Origin: Octopus vulgaris
Lineage: Eukaryota
NCBI GenBank assembly: GCA_951406725.2
Contig: OX597816.1
Span: 33,294,001 to 33,358,000 of the forward strand
Length of the DNA stretch: 64,000 bases
Reading direction: 5' to 3'
The first letter of the stretch is position 1; each line of letters starts with the position of its first letter. The notes beneath the pieces were generated by a model. The model had not been told where the DNA came from. It was given only the letters and a program-made list of their open reading frames with translations, and made no database searches. The position numbers and the translations under genes were made by a program. Below, piece by piece: positions 26,688-42,273 of this stretch.

Positions 26688-29097
26688 TACAAAGATTCAT
26701 ATTTATATACATACATATATATACATACATTCATACATACATAATATATATATGTATGTATGTATATATAAAACTGTTTGTGTCTATATAATTTTGTGTT
26801 TTACTACAAAATTTTACTTCATGATTTTGAAATATTTTAAAATCTAACATATTCCATGTAAGTGTGTTAGAATAATTTAAGATGTGTTTCTATGTTCGAG
26901 AATTGCATTTGAGTATGGATGCCAACCTGTTGATCTGTTCATGTGATTTGTGGTTGTTGTTTTTATTGTTGCCTTAACAACTGTTGTTACTGTTATTTTC
27001 TTTTTGTTTTTCTTTATATAATTCTTCCCATATAGCAAAATGTTGCTACATCAATATAAATATCTTTGATACAGAGTCAAATGTCATATTGCTGAGTTCT
27101 GAAAAATCTATGGATTAAGGGCTTACAATGTTAAATTCCCTACTGTTCAGTACACTGTATTTTAAGTATTGTTGGAATGACAGGAATGACGTTGCCTCAC
27201 TCCCATGATAAATTCCAGAATCTTGTGATTGTCAGAAATAAATAAACCTGACAGTTTTTGGTTTTATTTTTATGTTTGGAAACTTCTAAGTTCTTTTTTC
27301 TCCTCCAACTTTTTTTGAAAGTGGTGTAGTAGATAAGAGTGTTGAAACAATGCCATACATATAATAAATGTTTCTGAGCTCAATGACAACTCATGAGAAT
27401 GCTGCTATATATATAAGAAATATCTCGGATGGAGATAATATTCAGATGACCTATTGGCCAGAGTAACCCCAGCACAGTCTGACACTTAGGTATCATTGTG
27501 GATTCATTCTTTTGTAAACATTCTGACCAGTATTCCATTCAGAGAAGAGGTGTGTTATTTCATGCTACACTAAACCATTAGGCCTGTTTCGTTCTTATAT
27601 TTCATTTTATAGCAGTTATTAATTTCATAGGGAAAAGATTACAGTGGGGGTGTAGTTTTTATCATTAAAACTGTAGTTTTATCATTAAACTACAAATGAA
27701 TTACATAATTAAAAACACTGTCATTTTTCTTTTAGTAATTAGTAATGTTGAATATTGAAATTTGCACGGCATTATATATGTTTTATCTCCATGATATTTG
27801 CTGGCAATGATAAGCCATTCTAGTGAAGCTTGCTTATTGACATACAATCATATTTAGTGTGTGTACAATGGTTTTAGAATATGTAGTCCATGTCTAAAAA
27901 AAGTGTTTGCAACTGGAAAAGCACCCAGTTGTAAACTCTGACTCAGAAAATCCATGCTACTCATACCAGAATGGGAAAGCCAATCTTAAACAACAAAATG
28001 TCAAGGATAATGCTACATGATTTCCAATAGCAAGAAATCAATTAACATTTATGAATATATTAGCTGTTGCTGGAACATTTGTTTCAGAACTTCACTTGCT
28101 AAGAGATTATTCTCAACTTCTCATCTCTCCAAGATACTAAAGCCACCAAAGACCATTCATAGTTATAAATATAATTATGTACATTATATGTGACTTGAAA
28201 CTATGCTATTGAGCTTTGTTTGAGAAGAGAATATCACCACCCACTTTATTTCCTATGTACTAAAAGCCACAAGAGACTATAACTATTGGTTTCAAATCTT
28301 GGAACAAAGCCAAAAATTTCAAAGGAGGGGCTAAGTTGATTGCCTCATCCCCATGGTTAAACTGGTACTTATTTTACCAATCCCAAAAGGTTGAAAGTTG
28401 ATGTTGACTCTGGGAGTATTGGATCTCAGAATGTATGGTTGGAAGAAATGCTACTAATCGTTTTTTCTGGCATGGGAAGAATTTTGCTAGCTCACCACCT
28501 TATCAGAGACAATAATATTAATATGTTTATGTAATGATGTGTATTAGCCGTTACTTGAAGTGATTTTACAGAGTTTTGTTTGTCAGAAGATTATCACTGA
28601 CATTTCTTATTTTCATATACTCTTGAAAAGCAATGCTTTTAATCTTATCACTATTCTCTTTGGTAATTTGCAATTTCTAACAGAGATACTATGTTCTACA
28701 TTTTGGAAGGTAGCATTGTGTTAGATGATAGAATTAATCTTAGAATATAACAACTACTTTCTTTTATCAATGACTGAAGTTTGAAAGGCAAAACTAACTT
28801 TGGTAAGATTTGAATTTTAGAATGGCAGATGTTTCACTCTAATGCCAGTTTCTTGAAACATGCAATTCTTTTGGTGACAAAATACAATAATCAGTAACTT
28901 TTTACTGATTAACCACAATTCTGATTATTGAATACCTTTAATTCTAATAGCAGCAGATGTATATTTTATTCCCCATCACACTATCATCATCACTGTTCAC
29001 CTACCTACAACTGACTTCTCTCTCTTCTCATTTCATTATATAGTGTCACTATTCTGATCTTTGTATATATGCCTATACATGCATAAATATATATATC

Positions 29098-29329
29098 TAC
29101 TCTTTTACTCTTTTACTTGTTTCAGTCATTTGACTGCAGCCATGCTGGAGCACCGCCTTTAGTCGAGCAAATTGACCGCAGGACTTATTCTTTGGAAGCC
29201 TAGTACTTATCGGTCTATCGGTCTCTTATGCTGAACTGCAAAGTTATGAGGACATAAACACATCAGAATTGGTTGTCAAGCGATGTTGGGGGGACAAAGA
29301 CAGACACAGAAGCATATACACACACACAC

Positions 29330-29377
<48 letters not shown>

Positions 29378-29547
29378 TTATTTACGACGGGCTTCTTTCA
29401 GTTTCTGTCTACCAAATCCCCTCACAAGGCTTGGTTGGCCTGAGGCCATAGTAAAAGACACTTGCCCAAGGTGTCACGCAGTGGGACTGAACCCGGAACC
29501 ATGTGGTTGGTAAGCAAGCTACTTACCAGACAGCCAGTCCTACGCCT
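29098..29547 (-). mobile_element. tRNA-derived SINE, family B, full length
   Basis: Reverse complement of the 18899-19290 family, including the (AAAAGAGT)n-type tail and the internal (TA)n. Confidence 0.85.
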
Positions 29548-29679
29548 ATATATACTTAATTTAAAAGCAGCAGAAATTCAACAAAACCTGTTACTCGGAG
29601 TTTCACATTCCCGTTCATCGGACAGTTTGTTAAAAAAAAAAGAAAAAACGAAAAAAATATATATTTATATATTCTGGTA

Positions 29680-30075
29680 GTGAGAAATAGTCCCTGAATG
29701 CAGCAGATATTCAAAGGCTAGAGAGGAATGAGGCTAATATGCTCTAATGGATGTGCAGTGTAAGTGTACATGGGCAGCAACAGTGTGCTAGTGTGTTGAG
29801 AGAAAAGTTAAGCATAAGAGGAATGAGATGCAGGTTGCAAGAGAGATGACTGTGCTGGTTTGGTCATGTGATGTGGATGGATGTCAACAGCTCCATAAAA
29901 AGTGCTGATCTCTCAAAGTGGAGGGAACATGGGGAAAAGAGAGACCCAGGAAGACAAGGGATGAAGTAAAGTACTGAAGGACGACTTCAGGAGACTAAAC
30001 TTTACAGAGAAGATAACACAGGACTGAGATATCTAACACCTTGCTGTACTCAAGAAGACCCGTCCTCCACAGCAG
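29680..30075 (+). mobile_element. Decayed RTE-clade LINE 3' fragment
   Basis: Translates, with stops and frameshifts, to LERNEANML*WMCSVSVH...VLREKLSIRGMRC.LQER*LCWFGHVMWMD...KVEGTWGKERPRKTRDEV, the RTE RLRW.GHV.RM...GRPRKTW signature. Confidence 0.75.
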
Positions 30076-32578
30076 AAGTGTACAAGTGCCCTGTGCCCAT
30101 ACCACATAAAAGAATCAATGATGATGGTGCCATGTTTAGCATGACACTGACACTGATGTCAGTGTCATGTTAAAAGCACCCAGCACATATTGTAAAGTGG
30201 TTGATGATTAGAAGGGCATCCAGCCATAGAAGCCAAATCAAACCAAAACAAGAGCCTGGTGCAGCTCTCCAGCTTACCAGCTCTCCTCCTCATCACCATT
30301 ATCATCTTGGCCATCTCCATTTAACTAACTGACCATCGTTTGTGTCTTTTCTCATGTTATGTTTTCATGTAGTATTTTATTCTGATCTTCATGTGTGTGC
30401 ATGTGTGTTTGTAACCAAACTGAATACTTCTAAATTTGTCCAACAGCAAAAAAAAAAAAAAATGAAACCTATTGATGTAAATCTCCCCCTTTCTCAAAAT
30501 TCACTCCTTTCTTGCACTAACTAGGTTGTATGCTTTATGGAACCTCTTTCCAGTTTGTATACATTCTCATTTCTGCCTGTTTGTCTATCTGTCTGTCTGT
30601 CTTTTTGTCTGTCTATATGTATATAGGGGGAGTTTACGAAAAAAACAAAAGATGAAGACAGGTGGTGTACAAAACAAACAGATGTATTAGTATAATGCTC
30701 ATGAATAGAAAAAGTTTTTTATGTTTCGAGCCTACGCTTTTCTACAGAAATGGACACAGAAAAAAACAAGGAGAGAAAGAAGGAGAGAAAAAAATCTGTG
30801 TAGTGGCTAACGATCTATCATGGCATATATATGTAAATAGTACTTGTCAGGGTCACAGTTGTGGGATGTCTAGCAAATATAATGACAATCCAGCTGAGTA
30901 TAAGGATGTAAAAATACACTTAGTTGTTATAAGGGCATGCAGTGAAACCACTGGGGTTGAGTGATCCTGAGCTTCTGTCACAACAACCTTCTACGAAAAG
31001 GATGCTCTGAAACAAAACCTGCAGATTCATTTGATTAACGGTCATCTTACTTCAGCTTGTCACTAAGTAGTAATCACAGAGATTCAGAGAGTGACACTTG
31101 TGTTGTACAAGCATTTATAATAGTATTCCAGTAATATACAGATGTTTATTTATGGTAACCTCATTTGTTTTATCAGCTGAAAGCCATATAGTGAAAGAAG
31201 AGTGGTAATATGTGCAAACCTAACCAGTTTGAAGTACTCATCAAAATACCACTTTCATCTTTCATCTATGCTTCAAACAGATTGACAATAAGACTGAATG
31301 ATCATCTGAGAGGTCATGAATGGAAAGTCAGAAATGCCATTGATAATGAGGAAGCACAAGGATATGATAATCCTCCATGAAGATGGAGCAATCACCATAT
31401 ACATGTACATAACTTTACTCTGATGTTACTCACCATGCATGCAGCGGTGCCCTGAAGGCACTTTGAGCAGATGCTTGGGTGCTATATGGGTCTTGGGCCC
31501 TAATTGTGCTCTATGTTAGCTGTGCCTTGCTGTCAATTAGTAAATATTACAGGGTACAGTTCATTTAATTGCTCAGGGGCTTATAATGCGGCTAAGAGGC
31601 TTTGCATGTATGATCATTAAGTGAAATAATTTTGCCACTTGGATGATCATATGATTTGATAAACGTTTTGCAGTATCAGAGGGAATTACTTACTGTAAGT
31701 AAATAAATAATATCTAGCACATTTGAACAAAACTTTGCTTGTGTACTCAAACAAATACATCTGCAAACATCATTTGTCATTAATATGTCTCTTTAAAGCT
31801 CAATGCATAATCATTTATTTCAAGCTCCATATGATCCAGTACACTCCAATGCATACACCCACAAAATGTATTTATGTGATGCAGAAGTACAGGCTGTAAT
31901 AACCATAAATAAATATAATGATTAAATAACAAGTTGCTCATTTTTTGTGACATATCCTGGTATTTACATAACTGTTTACCTCAATGCCACTCACATAGTC
32001 ATATCACTGTATGTATAGAGAGACACACACACATGACCATATATATTTTTCTTTTTGTCTTGAAGAGTATTTTGTTCTATGAATTTATTGCAGTACTTAC
32101 GTTTTAAGCCTGGTATTTATTCAGTCATTTTCTTTACAAAGGTGTAAACAGAATGAGCGCTGTGGACAAACACACATTCAGATATACACATATATACATC
32201 ATCATCATCATCATCGTTTAACGTCCGCTTTCCATGCTAGCATGGGTTGGACGACTTTGACTGAGGGTTGGCGAACCAGATGGCTGCACCAGGCTCCAAT
32301 GTTGATCTGGCAGATTTTCTACAGCTGGATGCCCTTCCTAACGCCATCCACTCCGAGAGTGTAGTGGGTGCTTTTTACATGCCATCAGCATGGGTCTGTA
32401 CAATACACATGTATATATATTCAACAGGCTTCTTTTAGTTATTGTCCATAAAATCTAGTCACAAAGATTTCCTCAGCATGAGAATAAAGTTGAAGATACA
32501 TGCCTAAGGTTTCATGCAATTCAACTAAAATTGGAACCCTGTGGTTAGGAATCAAAGATCGTACCACACAACTATGAA

Positions 32579-32633
<55 letters not shown>

Positions 32634-33233
32634 TATATTGAAACAATCATAATGTTGATTTCTCCTTTCCTCACTGAGATTATTTTTAACATCAATTTGA
32701 TATATATTATTGATGATATATATATGAAATTGATGATAATAATAATAACTAGCTGGACATATGGAAACTTCATGGAAAACATAGAAATGTAAGCAACTGT
32801 AAATTACGTACTAGTGCCGTGAGAAACGTGTCAATGCTGTTAGACAGAATATAGAAATATGTATAAAACCGATAACTATATAATCCAACCTAAATATCTC
32901 AGTTGTGCAAACATAAACAGGATTACTATTTACCCTTAAAATACATTGTACATATTCAAAGTACTATTTTAGTTTGGTAGTACGGAATATGCTGCTGATA
33001 TTCTTTTATTATATTATTCTTTACTTGTTTCAATCATTCAACTGAGGCCATGATAGAGTACCACCTTTTAGTCGAAGAAATCGACCCCTGGACTTATTCC
33101 CTGTAAACTTGGTGCTAATTCTAACGCTCTCTTCTGCCAAACTGCTAAAGTACAGTGATGCAAACACACCCAAATTTGTTGTCAAGCAACAGTAGTGGGG
33201 TGACAAGCACACACTTAAATATACACATACCTA

Positions 33234-33299
<66 letters not shown>

Positions 33300-33308
33300 C
33301 CTATCTAC

Positions 33309-33352
<44 letters not shown>

Positions 33353-34379
33353 ATATATATATATACGACAGGTTTCTTTCAGTTTCCACTTACCAAATCC
33401 ACTGACAAGGCTTTGGTCGGCCCAAGGCTATAGTAGTAGACACTCTTTAAATTATAGAGCTGAGTTTCGTGTAGCCACCTGTTGGTTACTTTTCTCCCCA
33501 CCAATTTGGTAGTTGGTATTACCCATTTTTCTGGTCTCTTTTCACAGCTATACCCCATTAAAATTTGCATTAGTTATTGTATGCAAAAAAGGAAGGGAGG
33601 GCTGCTTGTTTGTAGTTTGTAGAGAAAAAGTTTAACATACCTGAAAAGGAAAAAAAACATGGTCTTTTCCTCCCAAGTAAAAGACATGGAGAACTATCAA
33701 ATAAGGCGAATAAGGGGGAAACAATTGAGAACCAACATTCGATCTATCTAGAACTTCAAAAGATTTTCATCTGAAAGACTTTCCCTCTATTCAGTACTAA
33801 ATCTCTTTTCCCTCTTCTTCATTGTTAAAAGTAAAGAAGCTAGAAAAGATCGATTGTATTTCAGTCTGTTATTGTAAATGACCGATGCTTTCGTTTCTCT
33901 GTCTCTATTGCTTCAGACTGAAGGTGCATGGCTTAGTGGTTTGGGGTATTCAGCCCATGGTTGTAAGGTCATGCGCTATGACCTTGAGCAAGGTACTCTA
34001 CTTCACCTTGTTGCAGTCCACTCACCTGGGAAAATGAGTGTCTCTTTTCGGTGTTTAGCCTCCTGATCTGTGAGACCAACAAATGCTGCTGTTAGGACTG
34101 GATTAGTGATCCTAGCGACTAAAAGAGGGTTCCTGCCCCTATATAAAATCTTTCTTCATTTTCTTCCAGCCACTTCAAGGTTTCTCTTGCTCCAGTCTAC
34201 TCAGCTGGCCAAAATTAGGGGCCTGATTGTCACGTTCTGTGTGAGGCTGAATGTCACTGAGAACTACATTAATGGTATGCATGTCTCTGGCATTCTCAGC
34301 CACTTGCGCATTAATTTTATCCTCGTGTGGTAATGAAAAGTGAAAGTGATATCCAATATTTGCTGTAGTTATGTCTTTG

Positions 34380-34730
34380 ATTTAACAATGTGTCTATGTA
34401 TCTATGTATCTACTTTTCATCCAACCTATGTATTATTCTACTCTGAAAATACTGATAAACATTTAAGAACACAAAACGAATGCCACCTTCCTTTCAATCA
34501 CCACTCACTGTCTCTCTCTCTTTCTCTCTCTCTCTCTCTCACTTTCTGTCTGACTTTTTCTCTGTCAATCTTCTCTCCCACTTTTAGTTTAACAATGTGT
34601 GTATGTATCTATGTATGTATCTATTTTTCTTTTGATGTGATAAACATTTAATAACAAAAAAGGAATGCTACCTTCATTTCAATCTCCACTCACTGTCTCT
34701 CACTTTCTTTCTCTCACACTTCCTCTCTTT
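34380..34730 (+). repeat. Diverged tandem duplication of ~200 bp
   Basis: tttaacaatgtgt.tatgtatctatgtat...aaacatttaa...gaatgc.accttc.tttcaatc.ccactcactgtctctc starts at about 34381 and again at about 34588. Confidence 0.7.
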
Positions 34731-35029
34731 CCTCCTCTCTCCTGCTTTGTCACTCACTTCAACTATGTCTCCTCTGCTTAACACCTTCTATTTCACTTTT
34801 CTTTGTATCTCACCCTTCAACCTTTTTACTCTTCCTTTGAAGTGTGACACACACCACAAGTACGTATGTATGTAAGACGTATGTACGTACATAAAAAACA
34901 AATGTTATAATAATATTGATGATAATTTAAATGGGGAAAGGAGGAATCAACATTATGATTGTTTCTGTAAAAGAACAATTTAAATTATTGACATTCTCTG
35001 ATGTAGCAATTTATCTTCTCAATCAAGTG

Positions 35030-35069
<40 letters not shown>

Positions 35070-36974
35070 CAAGTTTATGTGTATATGTTTTATAACGAAT
35101 ATATCATAGTGTTTGAGTATCATTTAATATAAATGCATGTGTGAATGAAATTATGTGTGCAAACGAGTATGTGCAGAATTTTATGATTCCATGAATAAAT
35201 ACGGAGATGTGTACATTTTCACTGCCTCTTTTTCTACAACGTTTATACTTAAAATTTACTTACAAACTATTTCTAACTAGTGATATTCACATATATTCAT
35301 GCATCTAGTGTATAAAGAATGTTGTAAATTATTCTATTTCTGTGTTTGTAAGTCCAAATTTACATTAACTAGACCCCCAAACAGTCTCTTACATCAAAAA
35401 TAATTTGTCAATTACGTTGCTAGTCAAGGGTTTATGAGTTTCGTAGGAAGTATTTCTAGAAAATTACAAGTAGTAGAATATACCAATTTATTGTACAATA
35501 CTGTGTGTATATGATAATAAATAACTGCCACTTAGTGATTCTTAAGGAATCAGCTGACCATTACTATTCAGATGTTATCTGCTAAATTCATGTATTAATG
35601 AGATGCCTAATAAAGTCATTAAATTTTCTTTAACATATTAAACAGCCCCACATATATATATATGATATTGAGACATTCTACTCTGTGAAACATTTGAATG
35701 TGAAGTATTGTGTGCATTTTTTTCTTCCAAAAATCATCCCCATATGTAGTTATGTATTCACCCTTTGTGACACATTTCTGCATACGTCAATGTTTTTCTG
35801 TTTTGTAAACACACACCTATATATAATAATGTGTCTGTCTCTTGTAGTTAATACATTTCAATATATGGTATTGTTTTCTTTCTCAGTAAACACATATTCA
35901 GTGTGTTGTCCTTCGCTGTATGCACATAGCCTTGTATGGTATCTATCTGTAAACACATCTTCATATGAGGAAGTTCTTTCAGTGTCATTATCAAAACGAT
36001 TAAACACATGGAATCTACTATAACTGTGTATTTAAAAGAAACTTTTAAAAATATTTTCAGGGAGATTTGACAGTGATATTTTGCTTATTGAGTAACCAGA
36101 AAGAAATTCTGAAGATTGAAGGAGGTGAGATATTCGATCATTGTAATTATGATCATCATCATCGCTGTATTAATGTCCACTTTTCCATGCTTGCATGGGT
36201 TGGACGGAATGCTTTTGAGATAGATTTCCTACAGTCACATGGTTTTTTTGTGTTGCTAGCAGTCACCTGTTTCCAAGTAAGAAAATATTTCCCCTTAACA
36301 AGACATGTTTTCACAGTATATAAAAATGAAGGACACCACATACATTACGTACACACATTTACAACTGTCATGTGATGAGAAGGTAGTAAGGAGACAGTAA
36401 CAAACGCCCACACAAATGAACGTATGTGCGTATGTATTTACACACACATGATAGATTCCTTTCAGTTTCTGTTCACCAAAAACACTCCCAAGTCTTTGGT
36501 AAGCCCAATGATATAGGAGAAGACACATCCTAAAGTTGCTACACAGTGGAATTGAATATGAAACTATTGTGTTTGAGAAACAAATTTCAGAATACACACT
36601 CATGCTGGCACGTACACACAAAAAAATGACACAATTATAAGAGCTTGGCTACCACCATTATATTTTTATTTTAAGAAGTCCTATGCGTAGTCTTTCTCTC
36701 CACACATTTATAAAGCAGGTCCTTTTATAAACCCATATCAAACAATCAGTGAAATTTCTGCACGCGAGAATGTTTGGATGTAAGTATAAATAATTTTATA
36801 CTTCCACTGGGAATTATGTGAGTATTTGGACACGAGATTGTTCTCATATACATTTTCACCACCCATATTATATATAGATAAAACTATATATAGAGATATA
36901 CTGACTCTTAATCCTATGTGCATGGGAAAATAAACATAGCTACATATATTTCCACATGACTCTGCAGCAGAATT

Positions 36975-37043
<69 letters not shown>

Positions 37044-37508
37044 GTATATGTACATATACATATACATAGATACACACAGCATCTGGATAATGTAAGAAGA
37101 GTTGTTCCCAACCACATTGTTACATGTTCAGTCCCACTGTGTTGCAACTTAGGCAACTGTATTCTATTATAGACTTAAGTAGACCAAAGACTTGTTAATC
37201 AATTTAGTAGATCGAAACAGAAAGAAGTACATCATAAACATATATATATATATGCACATATAAATGTATATACATATATACACACATCTTTATACACACC
37301 TATATATACAAATATACATATAAACATATATATATATGTATATATATACAAATATACATATAGACACTTATACATATATGCATACATATATACACATATA
37401 CATATATACACATATATATATATACACACACATATACATATTTATATACACTCACACATATATATATACATATACATATATGTCTGTATGTGTGTGTAAG
37501 TGTATATA

Positions 37509-37550
<42 letters not shown>

Positions 37551-38149
37551 GAATCAAGCGCAGGAGAGGCTATGTGCTGAGAAGCTTACTTACAGACTTA
37601 CAGACCACATTTGTGACCAAGCACACATCCTTGCCAATGTTGCTAACTAAAGAAAATGGTTTTCATTGGACTCCTGCAGGGTGAAAAAGAAACACCTATT
37701 CAGGTGTGGATATCTAACAGCTGGGAATGAGTGACTCTTCACTGCTGAAAGTAAAGAACCCTCAATTCCCATTAGCTCTTCTTTCTAGGTGAAGGTTAAC
37801 TCTTATAAATTGACCTGAAATGCATTAAATTTCTGGTCACCTCAACCTCATTCGTACCACTCGCATGATATCTGATTGCATTGCAAAATGGGGTCTGTAC
37901 TCAGCAACATTGTACCCAGTCAAAACTTAATTCACAGATGGGAACTACTTGCACACTTGGCACGTTACACAGACTTACTTAAAACCTTGCAGTGTTGGAA
38001 GCACAGCATAGTGTAAATCGTAAACAAGGTAAGAGTGTTTAATTGCTAACATGCATGTAGATTGTTTTGAACATTGGTAATTTCATCTCCAGATATGGCA
38101 ATGGACAAGGCATATGGGACATCATCAGCAAGAACCACAATGCATATAC

Positions 38150-38489
38150 AGACATACACACACATATTGAGACCCCCATCGGTCATGACTGACTGCGGGA
38201 TTGCACCTAGAATGTTACCCTCCCAGACACAAATCCGGGCAATATTGTTTATGGAAGACCAGCAGTCGCCCATGCATACTAGCCTCCCATCTCTATGCCA
38301 CCAGTGATATCCAAGGGAAAGGCAACAGCAGATACAGCTTGGCACCTGAGACGTTGCAACTCATTTCTACAGCTGCGTGAACTGGAGCTACGTGAAATAA
38401 AGTGTCTTGCTCAAGAACACAACACGCAGCCCAGTCCAGGATTTGAACTCACAACCTGTCGAGTGTAAGCACGCCGCTGAGCCATGCGC
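38150..38489 (-). mobile_element. tRNA-derived SINE (further family or subfamily)
   Basis: Minus strand head gcgcatggctcagcggcgtgc...gtgagttcaaatcctggactggg (B-box GTTCAAATCC), then tgtgttcttgagcaagacactttatttcacg. Left boundary approximate. Confidence 0.65.
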
Positions 38490-38490
38490 T

Positions 38491-39458
<968 letters not shown>

Positions 39459-39459
39459 T

Positions 39460-39910
39460 GTCAGGTCACTTTCGAGTGCTACTGGTAATATGTAACCCAG
39501 TACAACCTCTTACATAGTTTAGTCGTTGGCGACTAAACCGGCAACCCCACTAAGCTTGCTTGGTTAGGAGGGTGTTTATTGGACACCCTGCGAGATGATA
39601 AACAAAACCCGTCAAAGGGCAGAAGAACTCTTGAGAGTCAACGGCCTTCAAATAAATGCCTTAAGGTTGTATCATGCGCGGGGACATAGAAACAATCGGA
39701 CTGAATACCCGATTGCGCGGTTAAACCATTGGGAATGAAGGACTCCTAGCCTTTGTTAGGGCATCCTTCTAAGAGAAGTTAACTCAGGAAACTGGGATGA
39801 CTCCGACATAAAACCTGCGGCTCAGTGGTTATCGATGATGTTGACTTATTCTTCTTTTCGGATTATTGGTGCTGTTGCTTAGTGAGTGGGATTGACTCAG
39901 TGCACAACCT
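39460..39910 (+). mobile_element. GC-richer interspersed repeat, probably the 5' UTR fragment of an RTE-type LINE
   Basis: Abrupt compositional shift after a (TA)n tract. A related stretch (attggac.cctgc.gg.tga.aaa) lies at about 37665-37700. No ORF. The family assignment is inference. Confidence 0.4.
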
Positions 39911-40012
39911 TTCCTCACTTTAAAAATAATCTTCTTGCACAGGCATTGCACGATAAACAACATTGATTAAGCTTCGTGCAATGTCCATACTCGATAATGA
40001 GGGGGGCAGCCA

Positions 40013-40046
<34 letters not shown>

Positions 40047-40518
40047 GAATGTATGTTTATACATGCATATATACATACATATCAGTAAACGTATGTAAAC
40101 TCCTAGTAGTATCAGTTTCAGTATGCAAAAGTGATACCTACATGTTTGAATCACTATGTTTATTCGCTATTTTACAATGCAATTCCTGCCATCTATGCTT
40201 TAGATGTAACTATGATGTTCCAGTGATCTGTTCTGCAAGATTTTTTTATTTGCATTAATTTTTGAATATACAATTGTATAATGCTGATCATATCAATGTA
40301 AACATGTAAGTATAATTTTTGCATATAAAAATCAATGCTACATGAAGAAGGTTACAAAACAGTTATAACCTCCTCACACACCTCCTGAAATTATGTTTTA
40401 TTTATTCTTCACTGAAAAATATAATCTTCAGATATTTTTGATTTCTAGTTACACAGACATATTACATCACACTACATTTGCTATTAAATATTATGTATAC
40501 TGATAGCCAATTCTGAAG

Positions 40519-40829
40519 GATGAGATTACTGTCTACATTATTTACTTTGATGGATATTTGTCCTCACTTTGTTTGTTGTTAACACAACGTTTGGCTGATG
40601 TACCCACCAGAATTCATGTGGTGTCTTGGGGAAATTTCGAACCTGGGTTCTCATTCCTAAGGTTTTTTCTCAGTGTTATTATTATTATTATCATTATCAT
40701 ACTTCAGGTCACTGCCTGGAATTGAACTTGGAATCTTGGGGTTAGTAGCTCGTGCTCTTAACCCCAAGATTCCGAGTTCAATTCCAAGCAGTGACCTGAA
40801 TTATAATAATGATGATAATAATAATAATG

Positions 40830-40875
<46 letters not shown>

Positions 40876-41126
40876 GGATTAAAAAATAATAATAATAATA
40901 ATAATAATAATAAGGATTAAAAAATAATAATAATAATAATAATAATTATAATTATATTAACATTGAAAAATACCTTAGGAATGAGAACCAAGGTTCAAAA
41001 TTTCTCCAAGACACCTGATGAATGCTGGAAGTTATATCAACTGAAAGGTTGTGTTAACAACAAACAAGATGACGACAAATATCCGTTAAGTGTAAATAAT
41101 GTAAATAATGTATATAATTCCTCATC
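40519..41126. mobile_element. Head-to-head inverted dimer of a composite tRNA-head/(AAT)n/hammerhead-like element
   Basis: The outer arms 40519-40675 and about 40960-41126 are reverse complements. The central 42-bp arms 40703-40744 and 40759-40800 differ at 2 positions. Hammerhead-like cores lie at 41011-41054 (+) and 40582-40624 (-). Confidence 0.8.
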
Positions 41127-41967
41127 TCTTAAATATAGAACTGAGATTACTGTGATAGTAACATTATTCTATGAAAGCATATTTTGCCTATTTTATACTA
41201 CTCTTTATCAAACTTTATCATTACCTTCATAATTTTAACATCCACTTCTCCCTGCTGGCATTGGCTGGACAGAGTTTATTGAGGCAGATTTTCTATGGCC
41301 AGATTATCTTCTTTTTGCTAACCCTCACCTGTTCCCAAGCAAGGTAATATTTCCCCTTGGTGAGATATGTACTGTTTGTATGTCACAATTAATCATTTTC
41401 ATTTATCACACATCGTCAAGACAAGGAGACACAAACACACACATTGTCTGCTTTCAGTTTCTGTTTATTAAATCCACTTACAAGGCTTTAGTCACCCTGG
41501 AGCTATAACAGAGGAAACTTGCCCAAGGTGCCAAACAATGGGACTGAACCTGGAATCATGTGTTTGGGAAGCAAACTTCGTATCACACCACAGTTTGACT
41601 TAGCTTCCTATGACTTAAATTTTAAAAATACATCCAACTCATATCAAATGTATCGTATACTACTTTCCTTAGTTTGTTCATTCTCCCTGACATACATACA
41701 CTTGCAAATACTCCACCATTATTACCTACTGTGATTTAAATCCCAACCATATCTATAACACATATCTTGCACCTGTGTCTCATGACATTTTCACTGGCTG
41801 TGTTGTTAAATCTCTTACCTTGTTTTATTATTTCTATTCAATTTTCCTTACCAAACACTTTGCAAGAGGTTTCCCAGAATATGCAAAGCATTAAGTGACT
41901 TCACATTTCATATCACCCCTCCGTTTCATTTTGGCGTTGTTTTAGTAGGGCCTAATGAAACACTATG

Positions 41968-42273
41968 CGGAGGCGCAATGGCCCAGTGGTTAGGGCAGCG
42001 GACTCGCGGTCGGAGGATCGCGGTTTTGATTTCCAGACCGGGCGTTGTGTGTGATTTATTGAGCGGATACCCCTAAAGCTCATCGAGACTGGTGACCCCT
42101 GTTGTACTCTTTCGCCCCAACTTTCTCTCACAATCTCTTCCTGTTTCCTGAGTAATGCTGTGATGGACTGGCATCCCGCCCAGCTGGGGGAAACACATAC
42201 GCCACAGAAACCAGGAAACCGGGCCCATGAGCCTGGTTAGGCTTGAAAAGGGCGAAAAAAATAAAAGAAAAAG
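41968..42273 (+). mobile_element. tRNA-derived SINE, family A, full length with 14-bp TSD
   Basis: Head ggaggcgcaatggcccagtggttagggcagcggactcgcggtcggaggatcgcggttttgatttccagacc (A/B-box-like), A-rich tail, and a perfect TSD AATGAAACACTATG at 41954-41967 and 42274-42287. Confidence 0.92.

Noticed and set aside
41968-42040. tRNA-like sequence (also in other SINE heads)
   Set aside because: It is a SINE head followed by SINE body, tail and TSD, with a degenerate cloverleaf, so not called as a tRNA gene.
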